Source: Acidimicrobiaceae bacterium (GTDB taxonomy: Bacteria; Actinomycetota; Acidimicrobiia; Acidimicrobiales; Aldehydirespiratoraceae). From it: a DNA stretch of 64,000 bases. The number at the start of each line of letters is the position of its first letter. The first letter of the stretch is position 1. The stretch lies in NCBI GenBank assembly GCA_002729125.1, contig PBTQ01000008.1, forward strand, positions 24 to 64,023, written 5' to 3'. This document shows positions 1 through 9,146 of this stretch, piece by piece. The notes beneath the pieces were generated by a model that saw only the letters and a list, made by a program, of their open reading frames with translations, did no database searches and was not told the DNA's origin. The position numbers and the translations under genes are program-made.

Positions 1-1
1 T

Positions 2-430
2 GTCGTCGGCGATGGCGAGCACCTGCCGAGGTTCGGCCGCAGCGCACAGCCGGGCGGCGAGGTTGACCGCATGGCCGACATAGTCGTCGCCATCGATCAA
101 GATCACGGGCCCCGTCGTGAAGCCTGCACGCAACGGCAGTGGCGAGCCGGAATCGGTGATCAGCCCTTCGATCTCGACCAGTGCCTCCAAGAGCGGTTCG
201 GGTTCGACTCCGACGAGCATCGCACCGTCGCCCAACCACTTCGCGATGCGAACCCCGTGGGTCGACGCAACACCTCGAACGACCGCACGGAACGCCGACA
301 AGATGTCGACCGCCTCATCGTCTCCCTGCACATCGGTGAACCGGGTGAAACCGGACAGGTCGACGAACGCGAACGATCGCTCAACCCGGGTTGCCCGGGG
401 ATGGGACGCATCGTGCAACACATCGGCCAT
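2..430 (-). CDS. class III adenylate/guanylate cyclase domain protein, 5' portion (gene runs off the left edge)
   Basis: Not in the ORF track because there is no stop inside the window. Reverse-strand translation from ATG (complement of 428-430) gives MADVLHDASHPRATRVERSFAFVDLSGFTRFTDVQGDDEAV...IAKWLGDGAMLVG...LRAGFTTGPVILIDGDDYVGHAVNLAARLCAAAEPRQVL. The FxDLxGFT, KxxGDG and GxxVNxAAR blocks are the class III cyclase catalytic signature. Confidence 0.75.
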   Translation of the reverse strand, partial: MADVLHDASHPRATRVERSFAFVDLSGFTRFTDVQGDDEAVDILSAFRAVVRGVASTHGVRIAKWLGDGAMLVGVEPEPLLEALVEIEGLITDSGSPLPLRAGFTTGPVILIDGDDYVGHAVNLAARLCAAAEPRQVLAIADD

Positions 431-489
431 GGCGCAACCGTAGCGATCCGATCCGGCCGGCTCCGGAATCATCGCCGTACCATCGCTCT

Positions 490-1296
490 GTGGACCCCTT
501 CGCCACCCTCTCCGACTGGCCCGGCCGAACCGCCGCTGCCGTCGTTCAACCGGACGGCAGCATCGAGCGATGGGGTGACACCGCCGAGCCGTTTGCGCTG
601 GCATCGGTCACCAAGTTGCTGACCGCAATGACCGTGCTGATCGCCCACGAGGAGGGCACTCTCGACCTCGACGAGCCAATCGGACCCGGCGGCTCGAGCA
701 CCGCCGACCTGCTCGCCCACACCGCCGGGGCTGCCCCTGACACCCTTGACCAGCTCGCATCACCCCGCACCCGCCGCATCTACTCGACCTCCGCCTACGA
801 CTTCGCTGCCAATGCCGTGACCGCACGCTCGGGGATCGCCTTTCAGGACTATCTCGACGAGGCGCTGATCATCCCGCTCGGTCTGCGCGCCACCCGCCTC
901 AGCGGATCCGCCGGTGCCGGGGCACGGGCCTCCGTCGACGATCTCGTCCGGGTGGTCGACGCCTGGCGTCGGCCTGTCCTCATCGGCGAGACCACCTTGC
1001 AGCAGGCCGTCACTGCCCATCTCCCCGACCTCGACGGCGTGCTTCCCGGATTCGGTGCCCAACACCCGAACCCATGGGGTATCGGACCGGAGATTCGTGG
1101 CCACAAGGAACCCCATTGGACGGCAGCCGGCAACAGCCCTCGCACCTACGGCCACTTCGGGCAGGCGGGCACGATGCTGTGGATCGACCCGGATGCCCGC
1201 ACCGCAGCCGTGGCGTTGTGCACCGAACCTTTCGGCCGCTGGGCGACCGAGGCGTGGCCCCGGTTCAGTGCCGACGTGCTGGCATCGGCGACCTGA
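490..1296 (+). CDS. serine hydrolase, beta-lactamase/PBP-like family
   Basis: ORF 391..1296. It has an S-x-x-K motif (ALASVTKLLTAMTVL) near the N-terminus and a typical class C beta-lactamase-family layout. The in-frame GTG at 490 avoids overlap with the divergent cyclase gene. Start is uncertain. Confidence 0.7.
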   Translation: MDPFATLSDWPGRTAAAVVQPDGSIERWGDTAEPFALASVTKLLTAMTVLIAHEEGTLDLDEPIGPGGSSTADLLAHTAGAAPDTLDQLASPRTRRIYSTSAYDFAANAVTARSGIAFQDYLDEALIIPLGLRATRLSGSAGAGARASVDDLVRVVDAWRRPVLIGETTLQQAVTAHLPDLDGVLPGFGAQHPNPWGIGPEIRGHKEPHWTAAGNSPRTYGHFGQAGTMLWIDPDARTAAVALCTEPFGRWATEAWPRFSADVLASAT

Positions 1297-1347
1297 GCAC
1301 CCTCCACAACACAACAACACCCCCGGATCGACGAAGGCGGTCGACGG

Positions 1348-2334
1348 TCAGGTCTGGTGGTGGCGATCGGCGATGAGGCTGATCATTTCGAACATGATCG
1401 CCATCGAGCGGTAGCTGGTGATCTGGTTCGGCGAGTCGACGGTCGGCATGAGACACACGACATCACCGCCGATGACGTTCTTGCCGCGGACGCAACGCAA
1501 GAGTTCCATCACCTGATCGATGCCGAACCCTTCGATGCCGGCCTCGATGTTGGCCACCCCGGGTGCGACCATCGGATCGAAGCAGTCGAGGTCGAACGTG
1601 ATGTAGAGCGGGTGATCGCCGATCGTTTCGTCGATGATCGCCATCACCTGCTCGGCACCCATGGAGTCGTAGTCGGTCTTCTTGATGACCGTGTAGCCGA
1701 GGTCGTAGGACGGGTCGAGCCATTCCAGACTTCGGGTGTTGCCGCGAATGCCCACCTGCACCGAGTATTGGGGGTCGACGTGACCCTCGGTCACCAGATA
1801 ACTCGCCCAATGGGCTGCCGACTTCACCGCTCCCATGAAATGGGGGATGTTGTGAAAGGCGTCGGTATGGGCATCGAAGTGCAGGAGGCACGCCTTCTCG
1901 CCGCCGGTTAGGTTGCCGCCACCGAGCGCTTGGAGAATGCCTCCGGTGATCGAATGGTCACCGCCGATAGACACCGGCCGACAGCCGGCGGCGTCGAGTC
2001 GGGCGTAGTACTCGGTGATCATCTCGATTGAGCGCTCATTGTTGTTTCCTTCGCTAAGCGGCACGTCGCCCAGGTCACGCACCCGGGCCATCTCCCACGG
2101 GTCGATGCCGAAGTGGTTGTGGACCCGGCGGCCGATCGCCGACACATTGCGGACGGCACGGGGTCCGAGGTGCTGGTCACGTTGTGTCGTCCCGTTGCCA
2201 GTCGAGTGCGGGACACCGACCAGACCGATGTCGGCGTTGGCGGGATCCTCGTCGTGCTCGCATCGGAAAAGGGTCGGGATCCCGTACCAAAAGATCCCGT
2301 TCATCAAGCGCTGCTGGTCGTCGAGCTCGGTCAT
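1348..2334 (-). CDS. agmatinase / guanidino-acid ureohydrolase (arginase superfamily)
   Basis: 328 aa with arginase-fold metal motifs GGDHSITGG, HFDAHTDAF and ITFDLDCFDP. Substrate cannot be assigned from sequence alone. Confidence 0.85.
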   Translation of the reverse strand: MTELDDQQRLMNGIFWYGIPTLFRCEHDEDPANADIGLVGVPHSTGNGTTQRDQHLGPRAVRNVSAIGRRVHNHFGIDPWEMARVRDLGDVPLSEGNNNERSIEMITEYYARLDAAGCRPVSIGGDHSITGGILQALGGGNLTGGEKACLLHFDAHTDAFHNIPHFMGAVKSAAHWASYLVTEGHVDPQYSVQVGIRGNTRSLEWLDPSYDLGYTVIKKTDYDSMGAEQVMAIIDETIGDHPLYITFDLDCFDPMVAPGVANIEAGIEGFGIDQVMELLRCVRGKNVIGGDVVCLMPTVDSPNQITSYRSMAIMFEMISLIADRHHQT

Positions 2335-2379
2335 GACCGCACGCTAGATCAGCCGACCCCGACCGATCAGCTCGACGGG

Positions 2380-3216
2380 CTACGCACCGTCGACGGAGTC
2401 CGAGGCACCGACGATGTCGTCGGCCGAATCATCCTCGGGACGACGACCCCGCAACAGGAGCCAAGCGCCGGCGATCGCAATGCCGATGATGCTCATCCAG
2501 ATATTGATGCGCACCCCACCGATCTCGGTGGCCGGATCGACGCGAATCGTCTCGAGCCACAGTCGGGCGACCAGATAACCGACGACGTAGACCGCGAGCA
2601 GCGCACCGCGGCGCAGCTTGCCCGTGCGATCGACCCGCACCAGGAACAGCGTGAGCCCGAGGTTCCACAGCGATTCGTAGAGGAAGGTCGGGTGAAACGT
2701 TTCGACCCCGCGGTGACCGGCCGAGGCCGCCGCATCAGGGCCGATCTCGACCGCCCACGGAAGCTCGCTCGGGCGGCCGAAAAGCTCCTGGTTGAAGTAG
2801 TTGCCCCAGCGTCCGATCGCCTGCGCCAGAGGAAGCCCGGGAACGATCGCATCGAGCAACGTCGGTTGGTCCCAGCCATTGCGGCGGATCAACCAGAGAC
2901 CGACGAGAACACCGGCAGCGATACCGCCCGGGATGCCGAGGCCGCCCTCCCAGATCTTGAACGGCTGCGCCCAACCCTCGTCGAAGCGCCAGTCGGTGAG
3001 GACGTGGTAGGCGCGAGCGCCGACGAGCCCGGCGGGCACCGCCCACAGCGCAATGGTCGAGATGTCGTCGGGATTGCCGCCGCGGGCCGTCCACCGCCGC
3101 TGCGAGAGCAGGACGCCGGCCATCACACCGAAGGCAATCATCACGCCGTAGGCCCGAAGGGTGAGCGGACCGAGTTCGATGACGCTCTCGGACGGGCTGG
3201 GGATCGAAGCGAGCAT
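2380..3216 (-). CDS. lgt: prolipoprotein diacylglyceryl transferase
   Basis: 278-aa polytopic protein. N-terminus reads ...IELGPLTLRAYGVMIAFGV..., and the Lgt motif IGRWGNYFNQELFGRP is present. Confidence 0.9.
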   Translation of the reverse strand: MLASIPSPSESVIELGPLTLRAYGVMIAFGVMAGVLLSQRRWTARGGNPDDISTIALWAVPAGLVGARAYHVLTDWRFDEGWAQPFKIWEGGLGIPGGIAAGVLVGLWLIRRNGWDQPTLLDAIVPGLPLAQAIGRWGNYFNQELFGRPSELPWAVEIGPDAAASAGHRGVETFHPTFLYESLWNLGLTLFLVRVDRTGKLRRGALLAVYVVGYLVARLWLETIRVDPATEIGGVRINIWMSIIGIAIAGAWLLLRGRRPEDDSADDIVGASDSVDGA

Positions 3217-3284
3217 GCGGAGACAACCCTACGCGTCGCCGACAGATTCCAACGGCGCGCCCGACTCCGGAAGCGGCTATCGGA

Positions 3285-5066
3285 TCAGGTCGACAACAGA
3301 CGACCGCGAGCGGCGCTGAGATCGCCGACCCCGGCGGTGACGGCTGGCAACAGGCCGGGAACACCGGCGAGCCGGTTGGCGGCAAAGAAGCGGGCCATCA
3401 CGGCGCGATCCTCGGCTTCTTCGGCGCCGAGCGAACGAGCCGAAAGTGCCGCATCGGCCAGGATCTGACCGCCCGTGGTGATGGCCATCATGTTCAGGTA
3501 CGCCATCGCACCGGCGAGCATGTCGGACGGGTTCGAGCCCGACACCTCGAGGAGATACTCAGTTGCCGCACTGAGCGAATCGAGCGCAAGCGACAACTGC
3601 TCCCGCACCGCCTCGAGCCCCTCGACACCCTCAAGGGAGGCGATGGTGGCGCCGATCTCAGCGAGGTGGTCACGGACGACCCCGCCCTGCCGCATCCCGA
3701 GCTTGCGACCAGCGAGATCGATCGCTTGGATGCCGTTGGTGCCCTCGTAGATCGGGGCGATGCGGGCGTCGCGGAAATGCTGAGCAGCGCCGGTCTCCTC
3801 GACAAAGCCCATGCCGCCGTGGATCTGAACGCCAATGGACGCAAGCTCGACACCCATGTCGGTGCACCAGCTCTTCGAAAGCGGGGTGAGCAATGCAGCT
3901 CGCTCGTCGCCCTTGGTGCGCGCGTCCTCGTCGGCACCGCGGTGGGCACGGTCGAGCGCCTCAGCGTTGCGGTAGGTCAAACCTCGCATCGCCGCGATCG
4001 TCGACTTCATGTCAAGCAGCATGCGCTGAACGTCAGGATGATCAATGATCGGCGACTCGGTGCCGGGCGCCGCACCGATGGCGCGGCCCTGGGTGCGCTC
4101 ATGGGCGTAGCCGAGCGCCTGCTGGTAGGCGCGCTCGGCGATGCCAACGCCCTCGACGCCCACGCCGAGACGGGCGTTGTTCATCATCGTGAACATGCAA
4201 CGCATGCCTTGATGCTTCTCACCGAGGAGGTAGCCGACCGCGCCACCGTTGTCGCCGTACTGCATGACGCACGTCGGGCTGCCGTGAATGCCGAGCTTGT
4301 GTTCGATGCTCACACACGTGAGATCATTGCGCTCACCGAGCGTGCCGTCGTCGTTGACGAGGAACTTCGGAACGATGAAGAGGCTGATGCCCTTCGTACC
4401 GGGAGGGGAACCGGGGGTCCGGGCGAGCACCAGGTGCACGATGTTGTCGGCGACATCATGCTCACCCCAGGTGATGAAGATCTTTTGGCCGAAGATGCGC
4501 CAGGTGCCATCGTCGGCCGGCTCAGCCTTGGAGGTGAGCGCACCCACGTCCGAGCCGGCGTGGGGCTCGGTGAGGTTCATCGTGCCGGTCCACTCACCGC
4601 TGACAAGCTTCTGGAGGTAGGTCTCCTTCTGGCTCTCGTCGCCGTGATGCATGATCGCCTCGATGGCACCCCGACTGAGAAGCGGGCCCAGCGCGAACGC
4701 CATGTTGGCCGTCGTGGTCATCTCCTCCACGGCCGTGGAGAGCAGCTGAGGAAACCCACCGCCGCCGTAGACCTCAGGGAACCCGATGCCGTTCCAGCCG
4801 GACTCGACGAGCTTGCCGTAGGCCTCAGCGAAACCGGGGGCGGTGGTGATGCTGCCGTCCTCGTTGAGCTTGGTGCCGACCGTGTCTCCGTCGCGGTTGG
4901 TCGGGGCCACCACCTCATCGAAGAAACGACCCGCCTCAGCAACGAGACCGTCGATGAGATCAGGGTCGGCGTGCTCGTACCCCTCGAGCTTGGCGAGCGC
5001 GTCGAGATCGGCCACGTGCCGAAGGGTGAACGTGATGTCCTCGATGGGGCTCCGGAAGTCGCTCAT
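3285..5066 (-). CDS. acyl-CoA dehydrogenase, long FadE-type with C-terminal extension
   Basis: 593 aa with acyl-CoA dehydrogenase blocks (LTEPHAGSDVGAL, GVEGVGIAERAYQQALGYAHERTQG, IAPIYEGTNGIQAIDL) followed by an extra C-terminal helical domain. Confidence 0.9.
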   Translation of the reverse strand: MSDFRSPIEDITFTLRHVADLDALAKLEGYEHADPDLIDGLVAEAGRFFDEVVAPTNRDGDTVGTKLNEDGSITTAPGFAEAYGKLVESGWNGIGFPEVYGGGGFPQLLSTAVEEMTTTANMAFALGPLLSRGAIEAIMHHGDESQKETYLQKLVSGEWTGTMNLTEPHAGSDVGALTSKAEPADDGTWRIFGQKIFITWGEHDVADNIVHLVLARTPGSPPGTKGISLFIVPKFLVNDDGTLGERNDLTCVSIEHKLGIHGSPTCVMQYGDNGGAVGYLLGEKHQGMRCMFTMMNNARLGVGVEGVGIAERAYQQALGYAHERTQGRAIGAAPGTESPIIDHPDVQRMLLDMKSTIAAMRGLTYRNAEALDRAHRGADEDARTKGDERAALLTPLSKSWCTDMGVELASIGVQIHGGMGFVEETGAAQHFRDARIAPIYEGTNGIQAIDLAGRKLGMRQGGVVRDHLAEIGATIASLEGVEGLEAVREQLSLALDSLSAATEYLLEVSGSNPSDMLAGAMAYLNMMAITTGGQILADAALSARSLGAEEAEDRAVMARFFAANRLAGVPGLLPAVTAGVGDLSAARGRLLST

Positions 5067-5102
5067 GGTGGCAAAGGGTAGTGGCTCGCCTGGCCCACCG
5101 GG

Positions 5103-6113
5103 CTATCGGCGCAGTGCCCGTTTCACCCACCGATCGAGCCGTTCCCGCGGCACCGCTTCGAGGATCACGCCGCAGCGGGTCGCGATGATCGAGTTGACCT
5201 CTGCACCGAGTAGCAGGCCCATGGCCATCAGGTAGAGCCAGAAGAGCAGGCTCAGTGCGCCGCCGAGAAAGCCGAAGATAGCGTTTGCGCCACTCGACGC
5301 AAGCCCGAGGTAGGTGCCGAAGCCGAGCGACACGACGGTCCACCACACCGATGCCAGCAGGGCACCCGGAAGCTCGTATTTCCATGGCGACCGATGGTTC
5401 GGCGCGATGTTGTAGAGCGAGGCGGCCCAGCCGATCAGCGCGAGAAAGACGACCGGCCAGCGGAACCACGTCCACAGCACGGTGAACCACCCGTCGACAC
5501 CGAGCCGCTCAGCGAGGTCGGCACCCTCGCCGAAGAGCGGACCCACGACGATCAGCATGAGCACGATCGCGGCGACCACGATCGTCATCACGGTCAGTCC
5601 GATCCCGACGATCCGAGTCGAAAGCCAGTTCCGCTGTTGTTCGTGGTCGTAGGCGACATCGAGTGCCCGGACTACGGCGGTGAAACCACGCGACGCCGCA
5701 TACGCTGCGAGCACCGCACCGACCGTAAAGGCGCTGCCGTTGTCGGAGGCGAACAGATCGCGCACAACACCCTCGACGTTGTTGTCGCCGCCGAGCACGG
5801 CCGTGACCTGATCGACCAGCCAGGTCTCGATGTCGGTGGCTGCGGCTGTGCCGAGAATCCCGTCAGCCGAGCCCAGTGCGGCGGCCAGCACGATCAACGC
5901 CGGGAAGAAACCGAGCAGGGCGAAGAACGCGATCTCGGCGGCGAGGCCACCAACGCGGTCCTTGGACCACTCGTCGATGATGTCGCGCACGAACCGGTAC
6001 GACCATCGCCCTACCCGCCTGGCGATAACGCCGACCCGACGCTGCGCACTCGCTCGGCCCACGGCCCAAAGGGTACGGTGCCCGCCGATGGACGACGTCG
6101 CGGCATGCACCAA
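5103..6113 (-). CDS. YihY/BrkB family membrane protein
   Basis: 336 aa. It contains ...WSKDRVGGLAAEIAFFALLGFFPALIVLAA... followed by about 6 TM helices, typical of YihY (formerly called RNase BN). The annotated start at 6113 is TTG and overlaps the divergent gene, so the true start may lie a few codons inside. Confidence 0.8.
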   Translation of the reverse strand: MVHAATSSIGGHRTLWAVGRASAQRRVGVIARRVGRWSYRFVRDIIDEWSKDRVGGLAAEIAFFALLGFFPALIVLAAALGSADGILGTAAATDIETWLVDQVTAVLGGDNNVEGVVRDLFASDNGSAFTVGAVLAAYAASRGFTAVVRALDVAYDHEQQRNWLSTRIVGIGLTVMTIVVAAIVLMLIVVGPLFGEGADLAERLGVDGWFTVLWTWFRWPVVFLALIGWAASLYNIAPNHRSPWKYELPGALLASVWWTVVSLGFGTYLGLASSGANAIFGFLGGALSLLFWLYLMAMGLLLGAEVNSIIATRCGVILEAVPRERLDRWVKRALRR

Positions 6114-6522
6114 CGTGCTCTTTGAAATCGCCGAAGCGATGGACGCCGCGGCCTACGACACCCTCGAGTCGCTGCTCGAACACGCAGCGCTCATCGACGG
6201 GGCGAGCGGCTCGGTGCTCGCCAAGGGCGGCGCAGCAGCGGTCGCCCATTTCCGTTCGATCGTGAAGGTCCACCCCGATGGCACCTGGCGAACCAAACAC
6301 GTCACCACCAACCCGATCGTCGCCGCGAACGACGACGAGGCGACGATTCGCTCGATGTACACCGTCTTCCAGCAAACCGAGACGCTGCCGATGCAGGCGA
6401 TCATCGCGGGCCGCTACCACGACACCCTGCGCCGAATCGATGGTACGTGGCGCCTGGTCGAGCGTCGCTACTTCGCCGACCTGATCGGGGATCTCTCCAA
6501 TCACCTCACCTTCGACCTCTGA
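6088..6522 (+). CDS. NTF2/SnoaL-like fold protein
   Basis: In-frame ATG at 6088 within ORF 5830..6522. The 144-aa product (...HFRSIVKVHPDGTWRTKHVTTNPIV...AGRYHDTLRRIDGTWRLVERRY) has the pattern of SnoaL_4/NTF2-like proteins. The upstream part of the ORF is antisense shadow of the YihY gene. Confidence 0.55.
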   Translation: MDDVAACTNVLFEIAEAMDAAAYDTLESLLEHAALIDGASGSVLAKGGAAAVAHFRSIVKVHPDGTWRTKHVTTNPIVAANDDEATIRSMYTVFQQTETLPMQAIIAGRYHDTLRRIDGTWRLVERRYFADLIGDLSNHLTFDL

Positions 6523-6621
6523 ACCCCGAATGTCGCCGACGGGCGGCTGGCGCCGGGGAGATATCGACGGGAACGTCTCGGAATCCGCATCGGTTGAGCC
6601 GATTCCAAACGTACACATACC

Positions 6622-7545
6622 GTGACCGATCACGCCTTCTCGCCTGTCGACGACGTCGATCTTGTCGCCCGCGACCGACCCCGGCGCTTCGAAGCCGTCG
6701 AGTTCGACCTGACGCGTCTCTGCGAACTGAAGGGCACCACCACCGTTTCGGTGTGCGTGCCGGCTCGTGACGAGGCCGAGACCGTGGGGCCGATCGTGCA
6801 GACGATCTCGACCCTTCGGCACCGTGGTCTCGTCGACGAGATCGTGGTGATGGACGATCGCAGCACGGACGCGACAGCCGAGGTCGCAGCCGCCGCCGGA
6901 GCACGAGTCGTCTCGGTCCCCGACGTGCTCCCCGAGGCCGGCACCGCCACCGGCAAGGGCAATGTGTTGTGGGCGAGCGTCGCCGCCAGTGCCGGTGACG
7001 TGATCGTCTGGATCGACGCCGACCTGCGCAGCTTCACACCCGACTATGTCATGGGCCTGCTCGGGCCACTACTCACCGACCCCGAGGTCACCCTCGTCAA
7101 GGGTTTCTTCGACCGCCCTGCAGTCGGCGGCGTCGGCGGCGGGCGCACGACCGAACTGATGGCTCGCCCCGTGCTCGCCACCTTCTTCCCCGAACTTGGC
7201 GTGATCGAGCAGCCGCTGGGCGGCGAGTACGCGAGTCGCCGCCCGATCCTCGAACAACTCCCCTTCCCCAAGGGCTACGGCGTCGAGACCGGACTCTTGA
7301 TCGACATCGCTCGCCGCTGGGGTGTCGATCGCATCGCCCAGGTCGACCTCGGCGTTCGGGAACACCGCCATCAGCCATTGAGCGCTCTCTCGTCGCAGGC
7401 AATGGAAGTTCTCCACGCCGCGCTCCTTCGAGCCGGGGCCGACGAGGCCACCCTCGGCCGGGTGCTCATGCGCCCCGATGGTGCGCAGGTCGAGGTGCGG
7501 GTCGACGAACGACCCCCGCTGATCGAGGTGCCGGGCTACCGCTGA
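6622..7545 (+). CDS. gpgS: glucosyl-3-phosphoglycerate synthase (GT81 glycosyltransferase)
   Basis: 307 aa with VSVCVPARDEAETVGPIV, VVMDDRSTDATA, KGNVLWASV and VWIDADL (DxD) blocks, as in actinobacterial GpgS. Confidence 0.8.
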   Translation: MTDHAFSPVDDVDLVARDRPRRFEAVEFDLTRLCELKGTTTVSVCVPARDEAETVGPIVQTISTLRHRGLVDEIVVMDDRSTDATAEVAAAAGARVVSVPDVLPEAGTATGKGNVLWASVAASAGDVIVWIDADLRSFTPDYVMGLLGPLLTDPEVTLVKGFFDRPAVGGVGGGRTTELMARPVLATFFPELGVIEQPLGGEYASRRPILEQLPFPKGYGVETGLLIDIARRWGVDRIAQVDLGVREHRHQPLSALSSQAMEVLHAALLRAGADEATLGRVLMRPDGAQVEVRVDERPPLIEVPGYR

Positions 7546-7585
7546 CCGCCGGGTGGCCGGCGGGTGGGACCTACACTCGACTCTC

Positions 7586-8005
7586 ATGTTCGAGACCCCG
7601 CGCCCTACGGTTCGGTTCCGCCGCTTCCGGTTCGGTCGTGCGACTCGACAACTCGATCGAGCGGCGAACGTCATGGACCTGCGGGCGATCGCGAAGCGTC
7701 GCCTGCCGGGTGGGGTGTTCGATTACATCGACGGCGCCGCCGAGGACGAGCGCAGCCTCGCTCGTTCGATGACGGCGATCGCCGACATCGAGTTCAAGCC
7801 CCGGGTGCTGCGCGACGTCTCCGAGCTCGCAACCGACATCCGCGACCGCAAGGTCAACGCAATCGAACGCACATCACCCGACGTGGTCGCCAGCGCCAAC
7901 CCCGGCTGCTCGATGCGCCTCGCCGCCGGCGGTGTCGAGACCATCCATCCGATGCAGTTGATCGACCGGGCCCTTGCCGACGCGGGGCTCACGGCCCGGC
8001 CGTAA
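7586..8005 (+). pseudogene. chimeric remnant: lldD-like FMN alpha-hydroxy-acid dehydrogenase 5' end fused to glcF/CCG-type Fe-S oxidoreductase 3' end
   Basis: The first ~85 aa (MFETPRPTVRFRRF...MDLRAIAKRRLPGGVFDYIDGAAEDERSLARSMTAIADIEFKPRVLRDVSEL) match the N-terminus of actinobacterial LldD-type enzymes. The last ~45 aa (PDVVASANPGCSMRLAAGGVETIHPMQLIDRAL) match the extreme C-terminus of GlcF-like (Fe-S)-binding proteins. Total length is only 139 aa, so the TIM barrel and the cluster-binding domains are both missing. Confidence 0.55.
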
Positions 8006-8129
8006 CCCCGGACACATGTCACATCCCGGATCATGTCCGGACAAGGGGTGAATCCCTAGCTTGAGGGGGTCCCCCGACGGGTTTTCGCAGCACACCGGAA
8101 GCGGTGGGGTCGCGGGTGATACGAGCACC

Positions 8130-9137
8130 ATGCGCCTTCCATCCGTCCTTAACTCCAAAGCCGTCCTGACCTTGCAGAGCGCCGCTCCCGGCCTGGCCGT
8201 CGTCGCCGCCCTCACGGCGGTCGCGCCGCTCGTCAACGAAGCCGTCTCCACCCTGCTCGTCGGCGTGATCCTCGGTGCCCTCGTCGGCAACCTCGGACTC
8301 GTTACCGACCGCCTCCAGCCCGGGTTCCAGTTCGCCGCACGCCGACTCCTGCGCGTCGGCATCGTCCTACTAGGACTGCGCCTCTCGCTCACCGATGTCG
8401 CCAATCTCGGCACCGTCACGATCATCGTCGTCGTCACCACCGTCGTCGCGACCTTCATCGGCACGCAGCGTCTCGGCACAAGCCTCGGCCTCAGCCCCGA
8501 TCTGTCGCTGCTCGTCGCCACCGGCTACTCGATCTGCGGCGCCTCTGCGATTGCCGCCGTCGAGGGCTCCACCGACGCCACCGAAGACGAGGTCGCTGTC
8601 TCCATCGGACTCGTCACTCTCTGCGGCACGCTCGCCATCATCTCGATCCCACCGCTCGGCGACCTCCTCGGACTCACCGACCGTCAGCTCGGCACTTGGA
8701 TCGGCGCCAGCATCCACGACGTCGGGCAGGTCGCAGCAGCCGGCTCGATCGCCGGCACGGGCGCGCTCGCCGTCGCCGTCGTCGTCAAGCTCACCCGAAT
8801 CAGCCTGCTCGCCGGCATTGTCGCATGGGCCAACGTCCGCCGCCGCCCCACCGCCGGCGAACGAACCGACGGCAAGAAGCCGCCGCTCCTGCCGCTCTTC
8901 GTGATCGGATTCCTCGTTCTGGTCGTCGTCCGGTCCGCCGACGTGCTCTCCGACGACCTCATCGGCTGGGCCCGCGACCTCGAAAAGACCCTCCTGACCG
9001 CCGCGCTAGTCGGCCTCGGCAGCGGCGTCCGGATCGATCGACTCCGTAAACTCGGACCCGCACCACTCCTGCTCGGTCTGAGCGCCTGGATCGTAGTCGC
9101 CGGCGTCAGCCTCGCCGCCACCGCCCTGCTGATCTGA
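8130..9137 (+). CDS. YeiH/UPF0324 family membrane protein (putative sulfate exporter family)
   Basis: In-frame ATG at 8130 within ORF 8061..9137. The ~335-aa product has about 10 TM helices and YeiH-like blocks (GYSICGASAIAA, VKLTRISLL). Confidence 0.75.
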   Translation: MRLPSVLNSKAVLTLQSAAPGLAVVAALTAVAPLVNEAVSTLLVGVILGALVGNLGLVTDRLQPGFQFAARRLLRVGIVLLGLRLSLTDVANLGTVTIIVVVTTVVATFIGTQRLGTSLGLSPDLSLLVATGYSICGASAIAAVEGSTDATEDEVAVSIGLVTLCGTLAIISIPPLGDLLGLTDRQLGTWIGASIHDVGQVAAAGSIAGTGALAVAVVVKLTRISLLAGIVAWANVRRRPTAGERTDGKKPPLLPLFVIGFLVLVVVRSADVLSDDLIGWARDLEKTLLTAALVGLGSGVRIDRLRKLGPAPLLLGLSAWIVVAGVSLAATALLI

Positions 9138-9146
9138 CCTGCGGAC

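Noticed and set aside
2113-5081. Long plus-strand ORFs 2113..3468 (451 aa) and 3666..5081 (471 aa)
   Set aside because: They are antisense to lgt and the acyl-CoA dehydrogenase, both of which carry clear family motifs. The products are R/G/D/P-rich with no domains. These are typical high-GC shadow ORFs.
8017-8049. Hairpin CCGGACA...TGTCCGG upstream of the yeiH-like gene as a riboswitch or operator
   Set aside because: It is a single 7-bp stem with a 19-nt loop and no recognisable riboswitch core. It could simply terminate the remnant ORF, and the evidence is insufficient.
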